Source of the DNA: Salinispira sp.
Lineage (GTDB): Bacteria > Spirochaetota > Spirochaetia > DSM-27196 > Salinispiraceae
DNA: 64,000 nt
Assembly: GCA_965602015.1 (NCBI GenBank)
Contig: OZ271918.1
Span: forward strand, 2,944,001-3,008,000
Direction of reading: 5' to 3'
The notes under the pieces were generated by a model. That model was not told the DNA's origin. It saw only the letters and a program-made list of their open reading frames with translations, and did not search any database. Below, piece by piece: positions 47,865 through 57,344 of this stretch (position 1 is the first letter of the stretch; each line of letters begins with the position of its first letter). The position numbers and the translations under genes are program-made.

Positions 47865-49331
47865 TTACGGAGCGGACAATCCCAGGGTCTCAAGCCAGGC
47901 CCTGGGAATCATATCGATGCTGTGGATGTACGCCAGCTTACCGCCGGAATCCGGGTTGAGCTGGGTAGGCATGCCGATCAGACGGTTGTCGCTGGTAAGC
48001 GCCGCTCCGCCGGAGTTCCCGTAGTTTATTTCCCCGTCAGTTTTAATTGTTAGGCCAAGCCCCAAATCCTCAAAACCGGAAACCACCCCTCTGGTAAGGG
48101 TGATGGTCGCCTTGCTCCCCAGACCGCCGACGTTCGGATAGCCCAGGAAGATCAGCTCATCTCCCAGCTCGAGTTCATCGACATCGGCAAATTCGAAGTA
48201 AGAAAAACGAAGATTGTCAGGTATGCGCTGTCCGTAGAGCCCCGAACTGATGACCATCAGGGCGATGTCCCGTTCTTCATCGTAAAAGAGGACTTCGGCG
48301 AGGAAGAGTTCGCGACTCGGTCGGCGTTCGTCGAAGGTAATGCCAACCGCAATGGTTTCAGAGATTTCTCCCCCCTCATCAACAACCACATGATGATTTG
48401 TCAAAATATGGCCCCGGGGACTGATAATGCAGCCCGAACCGCCGCCGCTGTCGGTGGCAAGCTCCACGGTGGCCAGGATGTTCCGGGCCATCCCGTCGGA
48501 CGCCCGGGGAAGGTCCGGAATGGGAAAGAGAAAGGACGGCGGCTCGGGATCCGCCGATACCCGAATGCTGTAGGGCACCTCCCGCTCCTCGAATACTCCG
48601 GGCAGCACCATGAGGTGAAAACGCCGCTCGTCCATGTCGGAAATATCGTACACCGCGTGTTCATTGGCCAAAAAGCTCGAGCCGGAAAACAGGGCGTCGT
48701 AGGGGTCGGTAACCGGTTCGCCGGGATTCAGGGCGAAATCAATGTCCGACTCGGTATTAAAAATGTCTATTCGGAAATTCTGCGCGTCGCGGGGCAGGTC
48801 GACGGTGAACATGTCAATTCCTCCGCTGCCGGGACGCAAAATGCGCTCATAACTCCGGTCGGGCTCGAGGGCAATGCTCTCGGGAAGCCTGGTTACTTCC
48901 ATGGTGAGGGTAAAGGGAATGCTCTCGGCCACCCGTCCGTCGATTACCGGCGGGCGGCTGAGCTGATACAGCACTTCAAGCTCGAACTGACCGCCATAGA
49001 GCGCCGGTCTGCCCAGACGGCTGAGAATGATTTCCTCGTTGTGCAGGCTTTCCTCGGCAAAAAAGAAGACTTCTCCCGAATCGCTGTAGAGATACAAATC
49101 CAGATCGGCGGGACTGTCGCTGAGGAAAAAGCGGACTTCGAACGCATCCTCGGGAATGACCACACGGAAGCTTCTCGAGGGATTCGACCCTCCAAGGGAG
49201 AGGGAGTTGCTTACGGGGAAACCGGGCATGAGCCGTAGGTTGCCCGGGGCGGCAAAGGCGGAGTTACTTAGTAAAAAACCGCACACAAGCAATGCGGCGG
49301 CGCGAATCATTCTCTTCAACAGATCCTCCAT
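47865..49331 (-). CDS. Exported trypsin-like serine protease with N-terminal PPC-like domains
   Basis: HILTNHHVV, DIALM, GNSGG catalytic triad; ADLDLYL and SDIDFAL PPC-like strands; signal peptide. Confidence 0.85.
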   Translation of the reverse strand: MEDLLKRMIRAAALLVCGFLLSNSAFAAPGNLRLMPGFPVSNSLSLGGSNPSRSFRVVIPEDAFEVRFFLSDSPADLDLYLYSDSGEVFFFAEESLHNEEIILSRLGRPALYGGQFELEVLYQLSRPPVIDGRVAESIPFTLTMEVTRLPESIALEPDRSYERILRPGSGGIDMFTVDLPRDAQNFRIDIFNTESDIDFALNPGEPVTDPYDALFSGSSFLANEHAVYDISDMDERRFHLMVLPGVFEEREVPYSIRVSADPEPPSFLFPIPDLPRASDGMARNILATVELATDSGGGSGCIISPRGHILTNHHVVVDEGGEISETIAVGITFDERRPSRELFLAEVLFYDEERDIALMVISSGLYGQRIPDNLRFSYFEFADVDELELGDELIFLGYPNVGGLGSKATITLTRGVVSGFEDLGLGLTIKTDGEINYGNSGGAALTSDNRLIGMPTQLNPDSGGKLAYIHSIDMIPRAWLETLGLSAP

Positions 49332-49393
49332 CTGAGGCGGTATCCCATGTTATAGTGTAACTCTACAAATATACAGCAGCGAGGAGAAGAATC

Positions 49394-49846
49394 ATGGCCA
49401 ATGAACGGACGTTTTCCATGTTGAAACCCGGAGTACTGCAGCGGCGCATCGCCGGAGAAATCATTCATCGGATCGAGCAGAAGGGCTTCCACATCACCGC
49501 ATTAAAAATCATGAACATCAGCAAGAGCCTGTGCGAGACTCATTATGCGGAGCATAAGGACAAGCCGTTTTTCGAGGGCCTGGTGAAGTACATGACCTGC
49601 GGTCCGGTCATCGCCATGGTTCTCGAGGGTGAAAACGCAATTTCCCACCTGAGAATGCTGTGCGGCGCCACCAATGTGGACCAGGCCGCCCCGGGCACGA
49701 TTCGGGGGGACTATGCATCGGTGACCAGAATGAATATTATTCACGCCTCCGACAGCGTGGAGAGCGCCGAGCGGGAGATAAATCTGTTTTTCAAACCTGA
49801 GGAGATAATCGAATATGTCGACGACACAGCCCGATGGCTCGAATAG
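49394..49846 (+). CDS. ndk: Nucleoside diphosphate kinase
   Basis: ERTFSMLKP, PGTIRGDY, NIIHASDS. Confidence 0.97.
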   Translation: MANERTFSMLKPGVLQRRIAGEIIHRIEQKGFHITALKIMNISKSLCETHYAEHKDKPFFEGLVKYMTCGPVIAMVLEGENAISHLRMLCGATNVDQAAPGTIRGDYASVTRMNIIHASDSVESAEREINLFFKPEEIIEYVDDTARWLE

Positions 49847-51680
49847 CCTGCCCCGTTGGGATTTTGAAGCAATAGAAGCGGTAATAGACAGCCAGAAAAA
49901 GGAAGCCGCCCAGATTATCGACGATATCCCCGGACTGCTCGCCGAAGGCGAGGAGATAGTCGGGGGGAAGAACCCGGCGGAAAACGACCGGGACATCCTC
50001 TGGGTTGAACAGTTCGTGAGACGGGGAGACCTTCTCAACGGGCTGCTGGGCCAGCTCTTTAGCCATGCGTACTGCCGGTTTTCCATCGAAACCGGAAATG
50101 CCGAGAGGGTAAAAAACCTCAACAGCCTTGAGGCCATGGCGGTTCCCATTCGCGGCTACCTTTCGCGTTTCCGGCGGATTCTTCAGGCCATTCTCAAAGG
50201 CAGAAAGCTTCCCATGGACAGATCGGGCATTGATGCCCTGGTGGACATGGGTCCCGACGGCAGCGTGATGAATGACCTCCGCTACTACCTTTCTCTCGAG
50301 CTCGAACAGGCGAACTACCAAATGGCTCCCGAGCTTGAAGACCTCGCCGCCGATCTGCAGCGCAGCGCCGGCGACGCCTGGGGGCGTCTCCAAAGCAGCA
50401 TGAGTTCGGAAATGAACACCGAGTGGAATTCCCTCTCCCATGAGCGCAAAACCCTCGTCGAGCTCAGGAACCTGGCTTATGACGAAAAACGGCACATACG
50501 GAAAAAGGCGTTCGCCCTCGAATTAGCGCTCTGGGAACAGCATAAGCTTGCCTTCGCCGGGGCTCTCAACGGGGTCAAGGGGAACAGCCTGACCCTCAAC
50601 AAGCGGAGGGGCTATGAGGACTTCCTTCAGCCTTCAATAATGTCATCGAGGATCAGCCGGAAAACCCTGGAATCCCTCATTTCCGCCATGGAAGAAGCCC
50701 TGCCCCTCTTCCGGCGCTACCTCAAAGCCAAGGCCGCACATCTGGGAATACCCAGGCTCGGCTTCTACGACCTGTTTGCGCCGGTCGGTGAAATCAACCG
50801 CCGCTTCAGCTACGACGAGGCCCGGGAATACATTATCCGTGAGTTCGGCTCATTTAGCGAAGACCTGGGCAATTTCGCCGCAACCGCCTTCGACCGGCAC
50901 TGGATAGATGCGCAGCCCAGGGCCGGAAAAGTCGGCGGGGCATACATGACCGACTTTCCCCTGAGCGAGGAAGCCAGGATACTGGCGAACTTCGACGGCT
51001 CTTTTTCGGCTCTCTCAACCCTTGCCCACGAGCTCGGTCACGGCTACCACAGCCACAAGCTGGAAGGCTTCCGCTACTTTAACCGTGATTATCCCATGAC
51101 CCTGGCGGAGACCGCCTCAACGTTTTGCGAAACCATAATCTACAACGCGGCCATAGATAACGCCCCGGATGGGGAGAAAGCCCCCCTTATAGAGGGTCTT
51201 CTTATGGAAAACACCCAGGTAATCGTCGACATCCTCAGCAGGTTTTACTTCGAGCGGGAACTGTTCACCCGCAGGGAGGACGGGGAGCTAAGCCCCGACG
51301 AGCTATGCGAAATTATGGCGGATGCCCAGAGAAAGACCTACGGCGACGCTCTGGATGAAAGGGAACTCCATCCGTATATGTGGGCCGTCAAGGGTCATTA
51401 CTACAATGTGGATCTGGCGTTCTACAACTATCCCTACGCCTTTGGTCAGCTCTTTGCCATGGGCCTGTATGCCCAATACAAAAAGGATCCCAAAGGCTTT
51501 CCCGGGCAGTACCAAACCATACTCCAGAACACCGGGGTGATGTCCGCCGTCGAGGTGTGCGCCTCCAGCGGCTTTGACATCGAAAGCAGCGGGTTCTGGA
51601 AGGCCGGACTGGACATGCTCAAGCCCTATGTCGAGCAGTTCGAAGCGTCGGTCCCGGATAACGGAGGAAAAGCGAAATGA
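49815..51680 (+). CDS. M3B oligoendopeptidase (PepF-like)
   Basis: GKVGGAY, AHELGHGYH, LAETAS, FYNYPYAFG. Confidence 0.92.
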   Translation: MSTTQPDGSNSLPRWDFEAIEAVIDSQKKEAAQIIDDIPGLLAEGEEIVGGKNPAENDRDILWVEQFVRRGDLLNGLLGQLFSHAYCRFSIETGNAERVKNLNSLEAMAVPIRGYLSRFRRILQAILKGRKLPMDRSGIDALVDMGPDGSVMNDLRYYLSLELEQANYQMAPELEDLAADLQRSAGDAWGRLQSSMSSEMNTEWNSLSHERKTLVELRNLAYDEKRHIRKKAFALELALWEQHKLAFAGALNGVKGNSLTLNKRRGYEDFLQPSIMSSRISRKTLESLISAMEEALPLFRRYLKAKAAHLGIPRLGFYDLFAPVGEINRRFSYDEAREYIIREFGSFSEDLGNFAATAFDRHWIDAQPRAGKVGGAYMTDFPLSEEARILANFDGSFSALSTLAHELGHGYHSHKLEGFRYFNRDYPMTLAETASTFCETIIYNAAIDNAPDGEKAPLIEGLLMENTQVIVDILSRFYFERELFTRREDGELSPDELCEIMADAQRKTYGDALDERELHPYMWAVKGHYYNVDLAFYNYPYAFGQLFAMGLYAQYKKDPKGFPGQYQTILQNTGVMSAVEVCASSGFDIESSGFWKAGLDMLKPYVEQFEASVPDNGGKAK

Positions 51681-52783
51681 GCAGGGTCGGAGTCATCGGC
51701 GCGGGCGCCTGGGGCACCGCCGTAGCCCGGAACATCGGCCAAAACGGTCATGACGTTCTGATGTGGGCATATGAGGAAGATGTGGTCTCGGGAATCAACG
51801 GCAAGCACGAGAACAGCCGCTACCTCCCGGGGGTGAACCTGCCGGAAACCGTCAAAGCCACGGCGGATATCCGCCAGGCCGCGGACGACCGGGACTTTAT
51901 TATTCTCGCCGCCCCTTCGCTGTTTCTCCTTGACTCGGTGAAACAGATTCTCACGGTCCCGAGCATCCTCGAGGGGGAAGCCATTATCGGCATTCTCACC
52001 AAGGGATTCATGATGACCAAGGCGGGGCCCCGCCTCATCGTCGAAACCCTTGAGGACTACCTGCCGGGTTTTTACAAGGGCAATTTGGTGTACATTTCCG
52101 GCCCCTCCCACGCCGAGGAGGTGAGCCGGGGCATCCTCACGGGTCTCATTTCAGCAAGTCAGAACCCCCGCAACGCCATAAAAATCCGGGAGCTGTTAAA
52201 CTCCCGAACGCTTATGATGTTCAGCTCCCTGGATGTGGTCGGCGTCCAGGTCGCCGCCGCACTAAAAAACGTGGTGGCCATCGCCTTCGGAATCCTCGAT
52301 GCCCTCAAGGAATACAGCGGAACCGTGGGCGATAACACCGAGTCCCTTCTTCTCGCCGGCGGGCTGAATGAAATCCAGCAATTCGGCGCCGCAATGGGAG
52401 CCACCCATCCGGAGACCTTTACTTCCATAGCAGGAGTCGGCGACCTCGACGTTACCTGCCGTTCGCCCCACGGGCGGAACCGCCGTTTCGGCAGGGAAAT
52501 TATCCTGAAAAAATTACTCGAGCCCTATTCCAATATCGACGAGCTCATCGCCGACTTCAAAACCATCGGCTACCTCCCCGAGGGGGCGGTCGCAGTGCGG
52601 GCAATGAAGGAAGTCGTGGAGAAGCAGAAAATCAAAATGCCCATTTCCATGGGGGTGTACCGCATTCTGAACAAGGAATCAAAACCCCTTGAGGAAACCG
52701 AGCGAATTCTACAGACCCTCACCGGCGCGAGCATCAAACCCGGGGACATCGACTTCCACGTCGATCTCACTCATCACCTGTAA
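51677..52783 (+). CDS. gpsA: NAD(P)H-dependent glycerol-3-phosphate dehydrogenase
   Basis: GAGAWGTA, SGPSHAEEV, LKNVVAI, GVGDLDVTC, GRNRRFG. Confidence 0.95.
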   Translation: MSRVGVIGAGAWGTAVARNIGQNGHDVLMWAYEEDVVSGINGKHENSRYLPGVNLPETVKATADIRQAADDRDFIILAAPSLFLLDSVKQILTVPSILEGEAIIGILTKGFMMTKAGPRLIVETLEDYLPGFYKGNLVYISGPSHAEEVSRGILTGLISASQNPRNAIKIRELLNSRTLMMFSSLDVVGVQVAAALKNVVAIAFGILDALKEYSGTVGDNTESLLLAGGLNEIQQFGAAMGATHPETFTSIAGVGDLDVTCRSPHGRNRRFGREIILKKLLEPYSNIDELIADFKTIGYLPEGAVAVRAMKEVVEKQKIKMPISMGVYRILNKESKPLEETERILQTLTGASIKPGDIDFHVDLTHHL

Positions 52784-52800
52784 GTCCCGAGGAGAACCCG

Positions 52801-53427
52801 ATGGCGCGGCAGCGAGACAGCGCAAAGAGGGAGGCGGTCCTTGCGGCAAGCAAAAGCCTGTTCGCCCGCAAGGGCTATCATGCCACCAGCATATCGGATA
52901 TACGCAGGGAAACCGGGCTGTCCACCGGCACAATCTACAATTATTTCGCCTCCAAGGAGGAAATTGTCAGTACCATCGTCGAAGAGGGCTGGCAGGAACT
53001 TGTGGCGGAATTGACACCGAGCCTGGGGAGCCGGCCGGAATTAGTGGACAGGGCGGATTTCCTGGCATTCACCCTGCTGCCCAAGCTGCTGAAAGACGAA
53101 GACCTGATACACATTCTCCTCAGCGAGGCTGTGGAGATTTCCCGAATCAGCGACAAACTCAAGGCCGTAGTCGCTATGGTGCTCCGTCTGCGGGAAGACG
53201 GAGGCGATGCCGGCGGCATAGACGAACCGACGATGGTCCGCCTCCAAACCGCCATTACGGTTTACTTTCTCGGATTTCTGGAAACCGTGAGAATCTCACG
53301 GCGAACTGATCTGGGAATAGGTCAAAAGGATATTTTACGCTTTATCCGGGACACCATTATCCGGGACCTCAACTCCCTTTCCGGCCCGGGATCAATGGCC
53401 GAATCGACCGGCGGGCGCTCCGGCTGA
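52801..53427 (+). CDS. TetR/AcrR family transcriptional regulator
   Basis: FARKGYHATSISDI...STGTIYNYFASKEE HTH. Confidence 0.92.
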   Translation: MARQRDSAKREAVLAASKSLFARKGYHATSISDIRRETGLSTGTIYNYFASKEEIVSTIVEEGWQELVAELTPSLGSRPELVDRADFLAFTLLPKLLKDEDLIHILLSEAVEISRISDKLKAVVAMVLRLREDGGDAGGIDEPTMVRLQTAITVYFLGFLETVRISRRTDLGIGQKDILRFIRDTIIRDLNSLSGPGSMAESTGGRSG

Positions 53428-53845
53428 TTCGCCGGCCACCGCGGCTGGCTGCACCCGTCGGGTCGCCCCTCGCTTCGAGTGATTCGCCGGCGGTCGTCTT
53501 GCCATGTCGGCGGTCGTCCAGCCATGCCGGCGCTCCGGCTGATTCGCCGGCAGTCGTCCGGCCATGCCGGCGGTCGTCCGGCCACCGCAGCGCCCCGGCT
53601 GACCGGCCGGCCATGCCGGAGTTTTGCCCGCCGGCTCAGCTGACCCGCCGGCAGTCGTCTGGCTAGCACGGCGCTTCGAGTGATTCGCCGGCAGTAGTCC
53701 GGCAACCGCTGCGCCTCGGCTGACACGCAGGCAGCCGTCGGGTCGCCGCGTCGCTTCGAGTGATTCGCCGGCAGTCGTCCGGCCATGCCGGCGCTCCGGC
53801 TAATTTGCCGCGGCTGGCAGGCAGCTGTCGGGCCACCCGGCGGAC
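53415..53845. repeat. Degenerate 20/40-bp tandem repeat array
   Basis: TGATTCGCCGGC exact at 53425, 53480, 53540, 53681, 53761; variants at 53600, 53641, 53721, 53801. Confidence 0.9.
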
Positions 53846-53879
53846 GGTACACTGCTGCGGACAGTATTGAACTGCGCTG

Positions 53880-53908
53880 TAGACAAGGCAGCGCTCATTT
53901 AGTATATT
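53880..53908 (+). promoter_or_regulatory. Sigma70-type promoter of tRNA-Cys
   Basis: TAGACA-17 nt-TATATT, 11 nt upstream of the tRNA. Confidence 0.65.
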
Positions 53909-53919
53909 TCCGCAATATT

Positions 53920-53992
53920 GGCGCCGTACCCAAGTGGCTAAGGGAGAGGTCTGCAAAACCTTTATTCGCCGGTTCGATTCCGGCCGGCGCCT
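53920..53992 (+). tRNA. tRNA-Cys(GCA), CCA not encoded
   Basis: Acceptor stem GGCGCCG/CGGCGCC with U73, anticodon loop CTGCAAA, T-loop GGTTCGATTCC. Confidence 0.97.
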
Positions 53993-53996
53993 TATT

Positions 53997-54025
53997 AAGC
54001 AACCCGTTGCGGGTTGCTTTTTTTT
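53997..54025 (+). terminator. Rho-independent terminator of tRNA-Cys
   Basis: AAGCAACCCG-ttg-CGGGTTGCTT followed by a T-run. Confidence 0.88.
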
Positions 54026-54048
54026 ATCCGCGCTTTTCACAGGGATTT

Positions 54049-54080
54049 AAAAAAAACCAGCCTGCGAAGTTCGCAGGCTG
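54049..54080 (-). terminator. Rho-independent terminator of the lipoprotein gene
   Basis: A8 then CAGCCTGCGAA-g-TTCGCAGGCTG. Confidence 0.8.
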
Positions 54081-54103
54081 AATTGCTCGAATCTTTGACA
54101 GGA

Positions 54104-54607
54104 TCAGTCCGGAGCGACGGGAAGTTCAACAGTACCGTTGAAGAAGAATTCGTCATTACTGACGTCCATCTTTAAAACGGCTGTTCCGGCGGTTTCATCG
54201 ACGGTGAGGGTGATAAAACCTTCGGTAATGATATAGTTGGTGCCGTTGGCATAATACGTCACCGTCTGGTTTCCGCTGGTGTCGCCGAACAGTCTCAGCT
54301 GCAGGGGGCGCTCTTCAGCGCTTGAGGGTGCGGTGAAGAAAATAGAGTCTTCACTATCGGGGTAGGCACCGAGATCCCAGGGATTGGTAGTTGAGGCGGC
54401 AATGGGATACAGTTCCACAGACCAATCGCCGGCGTCGAATCCGGGCTCAACAAATCCCGAAACGAAGGTCCAATCGCCATTCGCTCCGGTTCCGGAAATC
54501 GGATCGGTTGAATAATCTGAACCGCCGAGACCCAATAAGTCACAGCCGGCGAACAGGAGTATCGCTGCGGCCAGGAACAGTACGGAAATACGGGCATATA
54601 CACGCAT
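54104..54607 (-). CDS. Hypothetical lipoprotein
   Basis: Lipobox FAGC; AAGGAG RBS; beta-rich acidic body. Confidence 0.75.
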   Translation of the reverse strand: MRVYARISVLFLAAAILLFAGCDLLGLGGSDYSTDPISGTGANGDWTFVSGFVEPGFDAGDWSVELYPIAASTTNPWDLGAYPDSEDSIFFTAPSSAEERPLQLRLFGDTSGNQTVTYYANGTNYIITEGFITLTVDETAGTAVLKMDVSNDEFFFNGTVELPVAPD

Positions 54608-54730
54608 AGGTATTTCTCCTTCTGGTTTTGATAAATACAATTATAGTTCATTTGAGGGCTTTATACTGATTCACTTTCGAAAATTAGAGATGTGTACTCG
54701 TGATTTTGCCAAATAGGCACTAAACAAATG

Positions 54731-55144
54731 TTACCGCGAACTCCTGAATTCCTCGGCGGCTATCTGGAATTCCGGTGCCGGCGCCGGTCGGCCGTTGCGC
54801 AAAACCGTTGCGGTTATTTTCGCCTTGCAGACGATTGCCTCATCCCGATAGCGAATTATTTCCTGATGAAAGATGTGCCTCAGCCGGCCTTCATGGGAGA
54901 GCTTGGTGCCCACGTAAAACAGATCGCCGCTTTTGAGGGGCTGCAGATAATCCAGCTCCGCCCTGGTGACCACCGGGTCCCTGCCCTCTTGATGCATGGC
55001 GGCAAAATCGATTCCAACTGCCTGGAGGAACTTATGTCTGGCGTGCTCTAAATAATTTTGGTACACCGAATTATTGACGATACCCTGGAGATCAAGCTCG
55101 TAATCCCGTACCTCCAAATCGATAACAAAATCATATTCCTTCAT
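54731..55144 (-). CDS. Acyl-CoA thioesterase (4HBT/YbgC family)
   Basis: DYELDLQGIVNNSVYQNYLEHAR. Confidence 0.92.
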   Translation of the reverse strand: MKEYDFVIDLEVRDYELDLQGIVNNSVYQNYLEHARHKFLQAVGIDFAAMHQEGRDPVVTRAELDYLQPLKSGDLFYVGTKLSHEGRLRHIFHQEIIRYRDEAIVCKAKITATVLRNGRPAPAPEFQIAAEEFRSSR

Positions 55145-55769
55145 TGTCGCCCCTCCTCACGCCTTCTCCGTGGGTGAACAGATGAGTCGACAGATAATAC
55201 CAGGCAATAGCCATAACCCCGTTTACCATAAACTCCGGCACCCGTCCCTGGCGAATCAGTTCCAGCGGAACCAGTTCCACATCCATAACCTCATTCTCAT
55301 CCAGCATGCGGCTGCCTTGAAACTCGAGGTTCCGGGCCAAAAAACAGTGCATGGTATTTCCCATAAATGCCGCATTGGGAGAAGCGCTGCCCAGATGCTC
55401 TACTTCAGACGAAACAAAGCCGGTTTCCTCGAACAGTTCCCGAGCCGCCGCCTCCTTCGGATTCTCCCGGGCATCGACCATTCCCCCCGGCAGCTCCAGG
55501 GCTTCGGAGCCGACCCCGGGACGGAACTGGCGCACCATTATCAGACAGAGACGATCCCCGCTGTCTCTGGTCAAGGCGCAGACGTTCACCCAATCGCTTG
55601 TATCAAGTCGGAGGAAGGTCGTCTTCCGACCGTCATCCCGGGAATGATCAACCTCGGAAACGGAAAATATCGAGCCGGAAAACACCTGCCTGGAGCTCCC
55701 TTTGCGCCACCGGAGATGACCAGTGGTCCGCGGCTGGCCGTATTCGTATATCGGATAATCCCTGTTCAT
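55131..55769 (-). CDS. NUDIX hydrolase (ADP-ribose pyrophosphatase-like)
   Basis: RQFRPG, ELPGGMVDARENPKEAAARELFEETG. Confidence 0.92.
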   Translation of the reverse strand: MNRDYPIYEYGQPRTTGHLRWRKGSSRQVFSGSIFSVSEVDHSRDDGRKTTFLRLDTSDWVNVCALTRDSGDRLCLIMVRQFRPGVGSEALELPGGMVDARENPKEAAARELFEETGFVSSEVEHLGSASPNAAFMGNTMHCFLARNLEFQGSRMLDENEVMDVELVPLELIRQGRVPEFMVNGVMAIAWYYLSTHLFTHGEGVRRGDNEGI

Positions 55770-55797
55770 CGAAACTCCCTGCGGGTATTATGATCGT

Positions 55798-57342
55798 ATG
55801 AGTAATAAAGGCCCGTCGTCATTATATCAGCGAATAAACAAGATAATACAGCATCTGCTCACCGGACTGTATGAGCGCGACCACGCGCTCAGAATCAGCC
55901 TTCTGGCCGCCCTGTCTGGTCAAAGCGTGTTTTTCCTCGGACCTCCGGGCACAGCCAAAAGCCTGGTGGCCCGGCGATTGTCTTTAGCTTTTGTCGAGGC
56001 GCGGTTTTTCGAGTATCTGATGGGAAGGTTTTCCACCCCCGATGAGCTCTTTGGTCCGGTATCTATCGCCCGTCTCAAGCATGAGGACCGGTACAGCCGA
56101 AACATCAAAGGCTACCTGCCCGATGCCCACATTGTGTTTCTCGATGAGATATGGAAGGCAAGCCCGCCCATCCAGAACAGCCTTCTCACCGCATTAAACG
56201 AGCGGACCTACCAGAACGGCGACGAAACCATCCGGCTCCCGCTGAAATGCTTCATCGCCGCCAGCAATGAAATTCATCTCGCCGATGAAACCCGGGCGTT
56301 TTGGGACCGCTTCCTTCTGCGCATTCAGGTTGATCCCATCGATGATACTGATGACTTTCTCCGCCTGATCACCGAAGAGGGAGTCCCGTCCCTTGCTCCG
56401 GCTCCCAATCCGGTGCAGGACGATGAATGGAACCGTTGGCTTTCAGAAATCTCCTCGCTTTCTCTTTCTCGCGATCTTCTCGGCCTGATCAGTCATCTTC
56501 GGGACGACCTGCTTTCTCTGGCGGCGGAAGATCCCGGGTTTTACATATCAGATCGCAGATGGAAAATGATAAGCCTGATACTTCGCGCCTCGGCATATTT
56601 TCACGACCGGACGGAAGCCAGCCTGATCGACGGTTTCCTTATAAGCCATTGCATTTGGAACAGCGGGGAACAGCGGGCTGAACTGCAAAAACGTTTTGCC
56701 TCAGCCCTGAAAAAAAGCGCATTTGTTCAAAGCGATGATCCGGACGAACCAGAAGAAATTGTTCGGCGCTTTCAGGATGATTTGTCGGAACAGGCGGCGG
56801 AAACCGTCGAAGTCGAACGCTTGGTTCCGCTGCGATACGACGGCGAGTATGCTCTCTTCATTCCCGAGACGTCGGATCCCGTGCTAAGCTACCGGGTGTG
56901 GTTCGACGATCTGGAAAATCTCGATGAACGGGGAGAACTTGAGCTCTTCGTACACGAAGGCGGAAACTTCACCCATACGGAAATTCACCGAATGGCCTGG
57001 AGCAACAGCGAGCGCTGGGAGCTGGAAGGCGATCTGGGTGCGGGCAAAATCGAATCCGCGGTTCAGCGCGAACAGCAGCGGCAGCCCAGAAATCTCGGCT
57101 CAGCCGAAGTTCGGGAACTCAATACCCGTGCGACTGATGTGATGGCGCTGCTTGAAAACCGCATACGTGACATCAGGGAGAACAGCAGCGCTCTGGTTCG
57201 CCAAGCCGCAGACCACCTGTTTGTTCCGGGCAGCGATACCGGGGTACTGGAAGAGGCAGCCCGGTCCCGCATTGCCATCCTGGAGCATCTCATGGCTGAT
57301 ATGATTGACAGCGCCGGACGCTACGGCCTTGAGCTCAGTTAG
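55798..57342 (+). CDS. MoxR family AAA+ ATPase, RavA-like
   Basis: GPPGTAKS, RFSTPDELFGP, FLDEIWKA, ASNE, DRFLLR, SDRRW. Confidence 0.88.
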   Translation: MSNKGPSSLYQRINKIIQHLLTGLYERDHALRISLLAALSGQSVFFLGPPGTAKSLVARRLSLAFVEARFFEYLMGRFSTPDELFGPVSIARLKHEDRYSRNIKGYLPDAHIVFLDEIWKASPPIQNSLLTALNERTYQNGDETIRLPLKCFIAASNEIHLADETRAFWDRFLLRIQVDPIDDTDDFLRLITEEGVPSLAPAPNPVQDDEWNRWLSEISSLSLSRDLLGLISHLRDDLLSLAAEDPGFYISDRRWKMISLILRASAYFHDRTEASLIDGFLISHCIWNSGEQRAELQKRFASALKKSAFVQSDDPDEPEEIVRRFQDDLSEQAAETVEVERLVPLRYDGEYALFIPETSDPVLSYRVWFDDLENLDERGELELFVHEGGNFTHTEIHRMAWSNSERWELEGDLGAGKIESAVQREQQRQPRNLGSAEVRELNTRATDVMALLENRIRDIRENSSALVRQAADHLFVPGSDTGVLEEAARSRIAILEHLMADMIDSAGRYGLELS

Positions 57343-57344
57343 TC

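Noticed and set aside
47865..49331. Trypsin-like protease as effector of the STAND cyclase module
   Set aside because: Opposite strand and has a signal peptide, so it would be in a different compartment
53322..54081. Several R/A/G/P-rich ORFs over the repeat array and tRNA
   Set aside because: Translations of repeats and of the tRNA; no RBS or domain signal
53920..54700. Integrated element at tRNA-Cys
   Set aside because: No integrase and no duplicated tRNA 3' end noticed in the window
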